In this document: piece after piece, positions 13,464 to 22,169 of the stretch
Layout of the letters: every line of letters starts with the position of its first letter
Numbering within the stretch: the stretch's first letter is position 1
NCBI GenBank assembly: GCA_963841435.1
Contig: CAWJCS010000006.1
Span: forward strand, 800,001-864,000
Direction: 5' to 3'
DNA length: 64,000 nt
Source: an uncultured delta proteobacterium
GTDB taxonomy: Bacteria; Myxococcota_A; Polyangia; Polyangiales; Polyangiaceae
Notes under the pieces: model-generated
What the model was told of the DNA's origin: nothing
What the model saw: only the letters and a program-made list of their open reading frames with translations
Databases searched by the model: none
Position numbers and translations under genes: made by a program

Positions 13464-15177
13464 ATGGCGCCGATGAAGCCCGTCACCCCGCGTCTGGTCG
13501 TCGGGCTGCAGGACCGGCTCGTGCGGCTCCTGGGGAGCAGCGCTGACGGCCGGTCCGATCTCGTGGGCGTGATGGTCCGCAGGGATGCGAGTGAAGCAAC
13601 GTCTTACTGGCTGCAGCTCGTCGTCTCGATCGGAATCGCGACGCTCGGCCTCGTCGTCGGCAGCAGTGCCGTCGTGATCGGCGCCATGCTCGTCGCCCCG
13701 CTCATGCGGCCGATCGTCGGACTGGCCATGGGGCTCGCCTCGGGGTCGCCCTTCCTCGTCCTTCGCTCGGCGGGGCGCATCGCGCTCAGCGTGGTCGTGG
13801 GCATCGGCGGCGCCGCCTCGATCACTCTGCTCTTGCCGTTCCACGAGCTGAACGCTGAGATTTCGGGGCGAGCATCACCGACCGTCCTCGACCTGATCAC
13901 GGCGGGCTTCTGCGCGCTGGCCGGCGTGTACGCGTCGCTGCGCCCTGGCTCCGACACCGCGGCCACGGCGGCGGGGACGTCGATCGGCATCTCGCTCGTG
14001 CCGCCTCTCTGCGCTAGCGGCTACGGCCTGGGGACCGCCGCGTGGCCGATCGCGGGGGGCGCAGCGCTGCTGTTTCTGACCAACCTGGTCGCCATCGTCG
14101 CCGTCGGGACGGTCTCCTTCGTCGCGGCGGGCTTCAACCGCGTCAACGTGGTCGGTCTCGAGCGTGATGAGCTGGCTCGGGAGTCGAACGGGGTCTCCGA
14201 TCGCTCGAAGGCTCGCCCAGAGGCTCTCGCGCTTGTTCGAGTCCCGCTTGGGACCAGCGCTCCGTTTCCTGATGCCGTTCATCCTCCTCGCCTTGGTCTA
14301 CGTGCCACTCAGGCGGGCGCTCGACGAGGTCGCATGGCAGGTCCGCGTTCGCGCTGCGATTCGCGAGGCGCTCGCACGCGAACCGTCGCGCGTGGTGCAA
14401 AGTCGAGTCAGAGTCGAACGTCACGAAGTCGAGGTGGTCGTCGTGCTCCTCGGCAGCACGAAGGACGCAGACACGGCCCGCAAGCGGCTGGGTGCCGCAA
14501 TCCATCCGGTCTCTGGGGTCACACCACACCTCGAGATCTTCGCGGTTCCCGACGCTGCTTCCTTCGCCGGGCTCGAGTCGACGCTCCTCACCCCTCACGC
14601 GGTGACACAGCCCGTCACGCCCGCTCCCTCCGCCGACGAACAACTCGACGCCGCGAGGAAGAGAATTCGCGGCGTCGTCGAACGGCTATGGCCGACGACT
14701 ACGGCCGGTGAGCCACTGGTCATCAACGTCGGCACTGCCGAGACTGGGCCTTTGCGAATCCGGGTCGTGCACATCGGGCAGGCGCTGAGCACCGACGGCT
14801 CCGAAGCGCTCCGACGCGCGGTCGAGTCGGGGCTCGACCGCGAAGCACGGCTCGTCAACGTGGCGGTCCCTCCCGGAGAGCTGACCCGCGAAGGGGGAGA
14901 CCTAGCGCTCGTGGCAAAGGTCGCTTCGGCGGTTCGTGCCACCGCGGGTGTTCCCAGCATCAGCGTCTGCGTGCTTCGTCCGGAACCGCCAGCGCCCGCG
15001 AAAACTCCAGTTCCTTCGGATCTCGAGCTGGCGCGTGCCCTGGAGCAGGCCCTGGCGGCTCACCCGCGCGTCACGACCACGGCCGGCAGCTCGTGGGCCA
15101 TTCGCTTCGTGCGGGGCGAATGCGATTCCCCCACACCCGCGGACGCCGGGGTTCCCGACGCGTCTTCATCCGAGTAG
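13464..15177 (+). CDS. DUF389 family multi-pass membrane protein (apparent +1 frameshift near 14190)
   Basis: IATLGL..SSAVVIGAMLVAPLM.PI, ISLVPPLCASG, LLFLTNLVAI. The frame switches in the G run of gaacggggtctccg into ORF 14164..15177. Confidence 0.82.
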
Positions 15178-15401
15178 TGGAGCTCGCGAGGAGAGCGTCG
15201 GAAGTGCTCGTCGGTGCCCCTGACGCGCGAGGGCGATACGGGCTCGCCGTGCAGTCAACATGATGCACCCATCGTTCAATTCGATGAGGTTCGTTTTCAC
15301 GCGCACCGGGGGAGACCCCGATGTCCGGTATTTTCCCCTCGCGCGGCGTGGCGCGCCACGCCCCCCTCCGTCGTCTTCCGCAAATCCTCCGTCGCTGCGC
15401 A

Positions 15402-15417
15402 TGGCACGCCGCTTGCT
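15402..15417 (+). promoter_or_regulatory. Sigma-54 (-24/-12) promoter
   Basis: TGGCACG-CCGC-TTGCT, a consensus match, just upstream of ATG 15432. Confidence 0.75.
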
Positions 15418-15431
15418 CTGGTAGCGGTCCT

Positions 15432-15936
15432 ATGGATGGACGGAAGCTCGCGCCTGTCACCGGTCTGCTCGTCCTCCTCGTGATTTTGTTCGGCGAAAGC
15501 GCTGCGCGGGCCGAAGAGTCGAACCGTTCGCGACGTGGACCGCCATCCCCACTATTTGTTCGAGGCGGAGCCTCACGCGCTACTCGGCCTCTTCGAGCCG
15601 CGCGCCTACGGTGCCGGCTTTCGCGGAACCATCCTGCTGTCGGACTCCGGGTTCATCCCTCGCGTGAACGACACGGTTGGCCTCGGCTTCGGCTTCGATT
15701 GGACCCGCGGCACGACCTGGGTGCCGATCGTGATGCAGTGGAATTTCTGGCTCAGTGACCACTGGTCGGTCTTCGGTGAGCCGGGCATCGCGCTTCGGCT
15801 GCGTGACGCCTACCGCGACCGTGGCCCCGATCTCACCCTCTATGCGGGCGGGCGCTGGGCGTTCGCTTCTAGCGCGACGCTCACGATACGCATCGGTTAC
15901 CCCGCGCTCGCGCTAGGCATCTCTTTCCTTCTCTAG
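15432..15936 (+). CDS. Secreted, probable small outer-membrane beta-barrel protein (apparent +1 frameshift near 15535)
   Basis: Signal peptide MDGRKLAPVTGLLVLLVILFGESAARA in one frame. Amphipathic beta strands (VGLGFGFDW, VMQWNFWL, LGISFLL-stop) in the next frame. Confidence 0.6.
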
Positions 15937-16004
15937 CGCGTGTTCGCGAGCGCGCGCTGGCCCGTGCCGGTGCGCCGATCACCTCGGCTGAACGTTGGGA
16001 CCTG

Positions 16005-16268
16005 GCATCGACGAATCCGCCGACGGTGCCGGCCCAACCGCCGCTCGAGCTCCGGTTCTTGTCGACAACGTCTCCCCGGTAGATGCCCTTGTACAAGAAG
16101 AAGGCGCTCGCATCGGTGCAGCAGCTCATGTAGCCGACGAGGCCGCCTGCGTGACCATGGCCCGTCACGTTGCCGACGGCGTAGACGTCGTGGATGTCTG
16201 CGCCGTACGCGTATCCGACACAGACCACCGGCCACGACGGTGGCGGCCGTATTCGACGTGTCGGGGTT
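16005..16268 (-). pseudogene. Fragment of a GLUG-motif repeat protein
   Basis: VAGGL/VGYAYGADIHDVYAVGNVTGHGHAGGLVGYMS...WAGTVGG across one frameshift. No start, signal peptide or proper end. Confidence 0.55.
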
Positions 16269-16453
16269 TCGGCACGCCACGTCGAGCGCGCGCAAGGGCA
16301 GAGGCCCGACTTGAAACCGTACGCGCGCCGACTAAGTTCCGAATGCTCGGCACGTTGCGCCCAGCCGTTCGGCGCGCAGTCTGGATCGCGTGGCGACGGG
16401 TGGGGTGAGCGCGCCTGGTACGCCGGCCGACGGCGTAGCGCGGCCCGTGCGAG

Positions 16454-17668
16454 CTACTGGGGCTCCGAGTACGAGAGGCCCATACCCGCGAAGTAGAGGC
16501 GATCGCAGGCGGTGTTCGGTTGTACCGCGAAGACCCCGCCGAGGGTCTCGAACCAGTCGAACGGGTCGCTCGTCGTCTGCCGGTAGGCGGCGCGCGCGGT
16601 TGACCGCCACGCATCCCAGTAAAACAGCGTGAGCCCGTCACTGGAGATGCCCGTCGGTCGCACGCCGAGCCCGTCGAACGCCTGAAACTCGCACGTGGCG
16701 ACCTCGCTCCCGGGCGGGAACGGCTCCGTGTCGCTGCGCACGGAGACGCGCAGGGGATGGTCGGAGCCCCCCGCGGGAGCCGCCGTGTAGAACAACGTGA
16801 GGTCGTCGGCCGACAGCACCGCGGAGCCGAGCAGAAGGTCGTTCGAAACGGCGTCTGCGTCGATGGCGCTGAATGCGCCTTCGCCGGGTGTGCCGAAAAC
16901 CCCGCTGCGAGCCCCGCGAAGTGACTCGTAGAAAAGCCCGTCATCGCCCCGCGAAAGCAGTCGGAGACCGTCGGCGCTCAGCCCGACGACGTTGGGATCA
17001 CCCAGCCGAACGGCAGTGCCGAACGCGTCGTCGCTCGTCGAGCAATCGGCCACGTACGCGACGCCCGTCGACGAGCCGGCCGCGACCCAGAGGATCGAGA
17101 GCTCGTCCGGCGTTATCGCGATGAGCGAGTCGGCGTCGCTCGAGCCGGCGCCGGCGCTCATCGCGGCACCCAGCGTTCGACCTGGCTCGCACACGCCGAA
17201 AGTCGAGGGAGGCGAGCCGGGTGACGTGTCGGAAGGGCAGTCCATACGCTCGGGAAGGCCACCGCTGCCCGAGTCTCCCGAGCTGCCGCTCTGGGTGCCG
17301 CCGCTCCCGCCGTCGCTACCCCCGGCGCCACCGCCAGCCGCTTTGCCGCCGCCGCCGTCTCCCGAGGAGGCACCGGCGCCGCCGCGACCGCCGCTGCCGC
17401 CCGAAGACTCGCTGCCGCCCGCTCCGAGGCCCGCCTCCCCCGCTGCGCCTGCGTCGTTCGCACCACTCTCGCCACCGCTGCCCCCGCTCGCGGCGGCAGT
17501 GCCCCCGAGCCCGCCCGACGAGCTACCACCCTTGCCGCCCGTGGCTCCGCTGCCGCCCTTGCCGGAGCCGCTCCCCTTGCCGGGGGGAGGCCGTTCTGCC
17601 GAGCTGGAGCAAGCCGCCGCAGCTGCGATGGCCAGTAGAAGGATCGACCCGTGACGCAGGGCGCCCAT
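16454..17668 (-). CDS. Lipoprotein with Gly-rich linker and PD40/TolB-like repeat domain
   Basis: Lipobox AAAC, about 110-aa Gly/Ser/Ala linker, repeats ITPDELSI, LSADGLRL, LSADDLTLFY, ISSDGLTLFY. Confidence 0.7.
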   Translation of the reverse strand: MGALRHGSILLLAIAAAAACSSSAERPPPGKGSGSGKGGSGATGGKGGSSSGGLGGTAAASGGSGGESGANDAGAAGEAGLGAGGSESSGGSGGRGGAGASSGDGGGGKAAGGGAGGSDGGSGGTQSGSSGDSGSGGLPERMDCPSDTSPGSPPSTFGVCEPGRTLGAAMSAGAGSSDADSLIAITPDELSILWVAAGSSTGVAYVADCSTSDDAFGTAVRLGDPNVVGLSADGLRLLSRGDDGLFYESLRGARSGVFGTPGEGAFSAIDADAVSNDLLLGSAVLSADDLTLFYTAAPAGGSDHPLRVSVRSDTEPFPPGSEVATCEFQAFDGLGVRPTGISSDGLTLFYWDAWRSTARAAYRQTTSDPFDWFETLGGVFAVQPNTACDRLYFAGMGLSYSEPQ

Positions 17669-17669
17669 G

Positions 17670-20600
17670 TTACTCGGCCGGCAGGCAGTCGTAAATCTGA
17701 CGCCACTGGTGGAGCGTCGGGGCGGTCGAGGAGAGCGGGGGAGCAGTCGGATTCAGGGTGATCGTGATGCGCAGGTAGTCGAGCGACGCACGCGGCGGCA
17801 TCGCGGCCGCGAGCGCTTGATCGACCGTGCCAGCACGGTACCAGGTGCCGGGCCCCGTTCCACTCGCTGGCTGCGCCGTGGCGACGAGTACGGGGGTGGC
17901 CGGCAGGTAAGTCGCGGCCAACGTCGCTTTGGTCTGAGCGAGGAACTGGATGCTGGTGCCGGTCGGAACGGTCGCCTGCCACTCGAAGGTGCGCCAAGCG
18001 ACGTGCGTCCCGGTGGGACAGCTCGCCACGTACTCGCGCGTCATGCTGGCCGCAGCGTACGTGGGCGTGACGACCGGCGGCGGCACGAAGCACACGCCAC
18101 CTCCGGTCGGGCACGTGCCGGTACAACAGTCGGCCGTGACGCTGCACGCGGCACCGATCGCCGAGCACGCGCTGATGTCTTCGCACTGGCGCGTGAGCGG
18201 GGAAGCGTTGGTGATGCGGCACTGTCGCGTGGCAGACGAGCCGCTCGCGAGGCAACAATCGTCGTCGCTCGCGCACGACGCGCCGAGGCCGCCGCACGGG
18301 CTGCTCACCCAGTCCGCGTCGGAGTTGCCGGCTCCGAGCTCCTGCCCGGGGAGGTAGAAGGCGGGATGGCTCGGGTCCAAGCCCCCCAACGTCCACGTCC
18401 CGTCGATGGCGGCGACCCAGAGCTTCTTCGTGGGCGGCACGCCCGAGTAGCAGGGCTCGTTGGGCTGGGCGTCCCAGGGATCGTCGTAGGCGATGTTGCC
18501 GAACATGCGCCGCGACGTGAAGACGACCCAGGTGTAGCCGCCCGCCTGCGTCGGGGCGACGGACGGCAGGTAGTTCAGCTGGTAGTCGTTCACACCCGTG
18601 GCGTTGCCGGTGTTGCCGCAGTTATCCGACTGCGCGATCGTGAAGGAAGCGTTCGTCGCGTGGTACTTGGTTTGGGCGGGGCTCGCTAGGCGTGACGCCG
18701 TCGGCAGGTAGGTTGCGGTGCCCGCGGCGTTCACGCCGTTCAGCGCGTTGAGGCGCATGGGTATCGCCGTCGTGCTCGCGTTGGCGGGGATGCTGGAGAG
18801 CCAGATCTCCGCCAGGGCACCCGCGACCGTGTTGATGTCGGAGGGCGACCAGCCGCCCGCCAGCACGCCGCCGCCCGAGGAGCTCTGCGAAGTGCGATAC
18901 TGGCGCTGGTAAAGCAGGCCGCCGTTCGCCGTGGCGCCGTTGGGCATGAAGGCGGGCCAGGCGACCTGCTCCCCGACGCCTGGGGTCACGTCGCGCGCGT
19001 TCGTGACATTGAAGCCGCTCGACGACGAGCCACACGGCGGGGAGCTGCACGAAAAGTCCACGACGACGAGCCGCGTGCCCCCGGAAACGGCAGACATTTT
19101 TCGCGGGTTACCCGAGCACGGCGATGGCGCCGTGGTCGTGGGGGTGCACGGCAGCTTGACGCCGCTGGCGCCCCAGAAGCCGAACGCGAGCATGGTCCCG
19201 TCCGGGGCGAAGCGCGGCGTCACCGCGGAAACGTTGGTCCAGTTCGTCACCGTGAGCGCCGTGACGTTCGTTGCGTTGAGCGAGTTCCCGAGCAGGTAGA
19301 GCCGCGAGTAGTCGGGCGGCGCGCGCCAGTTGTGGTCGCCGTTCCAGGACGAATTACCGCCGTGGGTCATGTAGAGCGACCCGTTGCGGTAAGGCGCCCC
19401 GAACGTGAAGCGGTCGCCCTGGATGTCGGCGTCGGCCGGCCAGTCCGAGCCCGCGCCGTTGTCGTAGTTGTTCAGCACCGGGACGGAATAGGGGGCGACG
19501 GACGAGTTGCTGATGTCGTACCGGCGGGACTGATTGAAGGTAATGCCGCCCGTGGGCCGGGCTCCGTTGGTGATCAAGCGCGTGCCGTCGTCGTTGACGG
19601 TGTGGCAGGCCGTGCACTTCTTCGTGCCCGACGAAAGCGAGTTGGATGTCGGCTGTACGGCGACCGTCGGCGTCGTGGCGCCGGGAGAGATGCGCATGAC
19701 CGCACCGGTGTCTCCGGCCTGGGGCGAGGTGTACGAGTTGTAGAACACCGTGCCCTTGAGCTGCCCGTCGACGAAATGGATCGAGCGGCTGATCTCGCGC
19801 TCGAGCGTGCCGCCGCCCGTGCGGCGCTGCACCCAGAGGTCCGCGTTCTGGCCGCGCGCCGTCTGCTCGAAGTACTGCCAAGCCGCTTGCGGGATCTCGA
19901 TCTGAGGATCGAGGCGGCTCGCGGTGACGCCTGCGTACGTCTTCGCCGCCGTGTTCTGCTCCTGGACGATGAGCGAATAGTTGAACAGCGTGTTCGGGTC
20001 GATGGCAGTCAGCCCGGTCGGGTAGCGGAGCGATACCTTCACGGCGCCGGCGGTCGACGAGGCGGATGCCGAGCTATAGAGATATTGGATCCAGGGAGCG
20101 GGGAGCCCGAGCGGCAGGTAGGTGGCGGCGTACGGGTAGAGCCACGTGGCGCTCGAGGCGGTGCCGGGAAGGTTCGGTGAGTTGCGGCAGTTCGCGGTGA
20201 CTGTGGGCGCGCACGCGTTGGCCACCGTGGAGAAGGCATTCACCACCGCATAAGGAGAAGTCTTGGAGGCCGGCGCGTTGGGGGTTGCCGTCGCATCCGA
20301 GATCGGCGCCTCGACGACGTTCACCTTGAACAGGATGTCGGTATACGCGCTCAGGCCGAGCGCGTAGGCGGTAACCCTCACCGAGCCGGCGACGGGCACG
20401 TTGAGCGTCAGCGCCCCGTTCGTGTCGTTGCTGCCCGTGACGGTGGCGCGGTCAACCTTGTCGAGGACCCAGGTCGTGCTGAAGGGGCTCGTGAACACGC
20501 AACCCGGGGGGCCGGGGGTGAGCGTGAAGGTCACGGCGCCCGCCGGGCTCGTCGTGAGGGGCGAAAAGGCGCTCACGGTGACGGTCGACGCCGACGGCGT

Positions 20601-21200
20601 GAGCGTCAGCGACGAACAGGGGACGCCCGCGTCGCCGCTCGCGCTCAGCGTGATCCCTCCGTCGGCGTTGGCGAGACCGGGGCCCGCGTCCAGGCCGGCC
20701 GGTGTATCCGACGTGACGTTGCAATACGGATCGCAGGGATCGAACTCCACACCGGCATCCTTGGGACAGACGGCGGGGGAGCCGAGCCCCTGCGGTCGCA
20801 GGCCGCCCGATCCCGTCAACGACTTCACCGTGACACGGTCGCCCGTGCAGGCGCCCCAAGCGCTGTCCGTACAGGTGCGCGTGCCTGACTGGCACGTGAC
20901 GTAGTCGTCGAAGACCTCGGACAGGCGACCGCAATCGACCGTTTCGCCCTCGGTGTCGCAGGGGCAGCCTTCGTTCGGGGTCACGCAGCGCTCGATCTCG
21001 CCGGGCCCGCCCGCGCCGCTGCTGATGGAGACGGCGGGCACCTTGCGCTCGGCGTCTCCACACGCGACGACCATCGCAACGGAAGTGAGCGCTCCCAGGA
21101 GGAGCGCGGTGAGATAGCGGCGCGTTGCGCGGCTCGGGGCGGCGGCCTCGCGAAGCCTACGCCACGCCCTGCTCACGAACTCAGCATGCCGGGCACTCAT
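17670..21200 (-). CDS. Large Cys-rich secreted lipoprotein with TolB-like propeller (myxobacterial type)
   Basis: 1176 aa. Lipobox VVAC, GTVFYNSY, CTACH, PRFAPDG, WVVFTSRRMFGN, KKLWVAAID, DPSHPAFYLPGQEL, Cys-rich C-terminal repeats. Ends 1 nt from the next gene. Confidence 0.75.
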   Translation of the reverse strand: MSARHAEFVSRAWRRLREAAAPSRATRRYLTALLLGALTSVAMVVACGDAERKVPAVSISSGAGGPGEIERCVTPNEGCPCDTEGETVDCGRLSEVFDDYVTCQSGTRTCTDSAWGACTGDRVTVKSLTGSGGLRPQGLGSPAVCPKDAGVEFDPCDPYCNVTSDTPAGLDAGPGLANADGGITLSASGDAGVPCSSLTLTPSASTVTVSAFSPLTTSPAGAVTFTLTPGPPGCVFTSPFSTTWVLDKVDRATVTGSNDTNGALTLNVPVAGSVRVTAYALGLSAYTDILFKVNVVEAPISDATATPNAPASKTSPYAVVNAFSTVANACAPTVTANCRNSPNLPGTASSATWLYPYAATYLPLGLPAPWIQYLYSSASASSTAGAVKVSLRYPTGLTAIDPNTLFNYSLIVQEQNTAAKTYAGVTASRLDPQIEIPQAAWQYFEQTARGQNADLWVQRRTGGGTLEREISRSIHFVDGQLKGTVFYNSYTSPQAGDTGAVMRISPGATTPTVAVQPTSNSLSSGTKKCTACHTVNDDGTRLITNGARPTGGITFNQSRRYDISNSSVAPYSVPVLNNYDNGAGSDWPADADIQGDRFTFGAPYRNGSLYMTHGGNSSWNGDHNWRAPPDYSRLYLLGNSLNATNVTALTVTNWTNVSAVTPRFAPDGTMLAFGFWGASGVKLPCTPTTTAPSPCSGNPRKMSAVSGGTRLVVVDFSCSSPPCGSSSSGFNVTNARDVTPGVGEQVAWPAFMPNGATANGGLLYQRQYRTSQSSSGGGVLAGGWSPSDINTVAGALAEIWLSSIPANASTTAIPMRLNALNGVNAAGTATYLPTASRLASPAQTKYHATNASFTIAQSDNCGNTGNATGVNDYQLNYLPSVAPTQAGGYTWVVFTSRRMFGNIAYDDPWDAQPNEPCYSGVPPTKKLWVAAIDGTWTLGGLDPSHPAFYLPGQELGAGNSDADWVSSPCGGLGASCASDDDCCLASGSSATRQCRITNASPLTRQCEDISACSAIGAACSVTADCCTGTCPTGGGVCFVPPPVVTPTYAAASMTREYVASCPTGTHVAWRTFEWQATVPTGTSIQFLAQTKATLAATYLPATPVLVATAQPASGTGPGTWYRAGTVDQALAAAMPPRASLDYLRITITLNPTAPPLSSTAPTLHQWRQIYDCLPAE

Positions 21201-21217
21201 CGACGGTAGGCGGAGGG

Positions 21218-21233
21218 TGCACGTTGCATGCCG
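21218..21233 (-). promoter_or_regulatory. Possible sigma-54 promoter
   Basis: Minus strand CGGCATG-CAAC-GTGCA (GG-N10-GC), 18 bp upstream of ATG 21200. Confidence 0.45.
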
Positions 21234-21464
21234 AAAAGGTTTTGCTCCAACCCATTGAGATTACGGAGAAAGCGGGCATCCCGTCCAGTGCTCGCAGCGC
21301 AGAATTGTCAGTCGTCCGCAAAAAGTAGCGCTCCGCCGCATGTAGGGTGATGCAGGAAGCGGTGGGAAAGCGGGGGCCTGGTTTTGGGGCAGTCGCTACA
21401 GCTCGCGACGTAGCACGGTCGATGCCCAGGGCAGCAAGTGGAGGCTGCCGCCTACCGGGCCCTG

Positions 21465-21672
21465 CATCTCTCGGGAAGCCGCCCAAGAAGCAGCGCTTGC
21501 TCTCGTCGCAAAGGCCGCTGTAGTAGGTCGTGACGAAGGTGCCGCCGGCCTCGACGAAGCGCGTGATGCGCTCGACGACGCCCGGCGCGAGCAGTCGAAG
21601 CTGCGGAGCAATCACCAGTTTGTAGCCACCGAACGCGAAGCGTCGGCTGTCGTAAATCGCATCTTGGTGCAA
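21465..21672 (-). pseudogene. Fragment of a GH42 beta-galactosidase trimerisation domain
   Basis: GYKLVIAPQLRLLAPGVVERITRFVEAGGTFVTTYYSGLCDESKRCFLGGFP. No catalytic domain around it. Confidence 0.7.
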
Positions 21673-21922
21673 GTTGTCGCCATGGCGATGGCCCGGCTCC
21701 GTGAGGTGAGGGAAGTGATGGTCGTAGCTGGGCTCGTCGCCGAGTAAGCCAAAGACCGCGTTCCGCAGGCGAGGCTCGCCGAACGTCGCCCGAATTCCGT
21801 CGGCTCGTGGCCAGGCGTCGGCGAGCCGCCATGTCGGTGAGCACGTTCACCTCCGGCGCCCTGTGGAGCGCGGTCATCGTTTCGTGATCGTTTGCGACTG
21901 ACCGGCACGAGCCCGGCGCGTC

Positions 21923-21962
21923 GTTGCCCGAGTTGCTCGAGTTGTCCGAGTTGCCCGAGTTG
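21923..21962. repeat. Intergenic 9-bp tandem repeat (GTTGYYCGA, 4 copies plus a partial)
   Basis: gttgcccga gttgctcga gttgtccga gttgcccga gttg. Confidence 0.85.
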
Positions 21963-22169
21963 AGTGGCGAGACCGAAGCCCCGCTATTTTACCGGAGCAA
22001 CGGCGCACGCGCCCGAGCGCTGCCCGAGTTCGGCGCCGCAGGTTGCCGTGATCCGCGCGGCGTCGTTGCGGCGACAGGCCCGTTTGCGCGGTGGTTGTCC
22101 TCCACCGTCGAGCGGGCATGCGGCTTGCACACGGCCCGACCTTCGCATCCAAACGCAGTGAGGGCCCCA

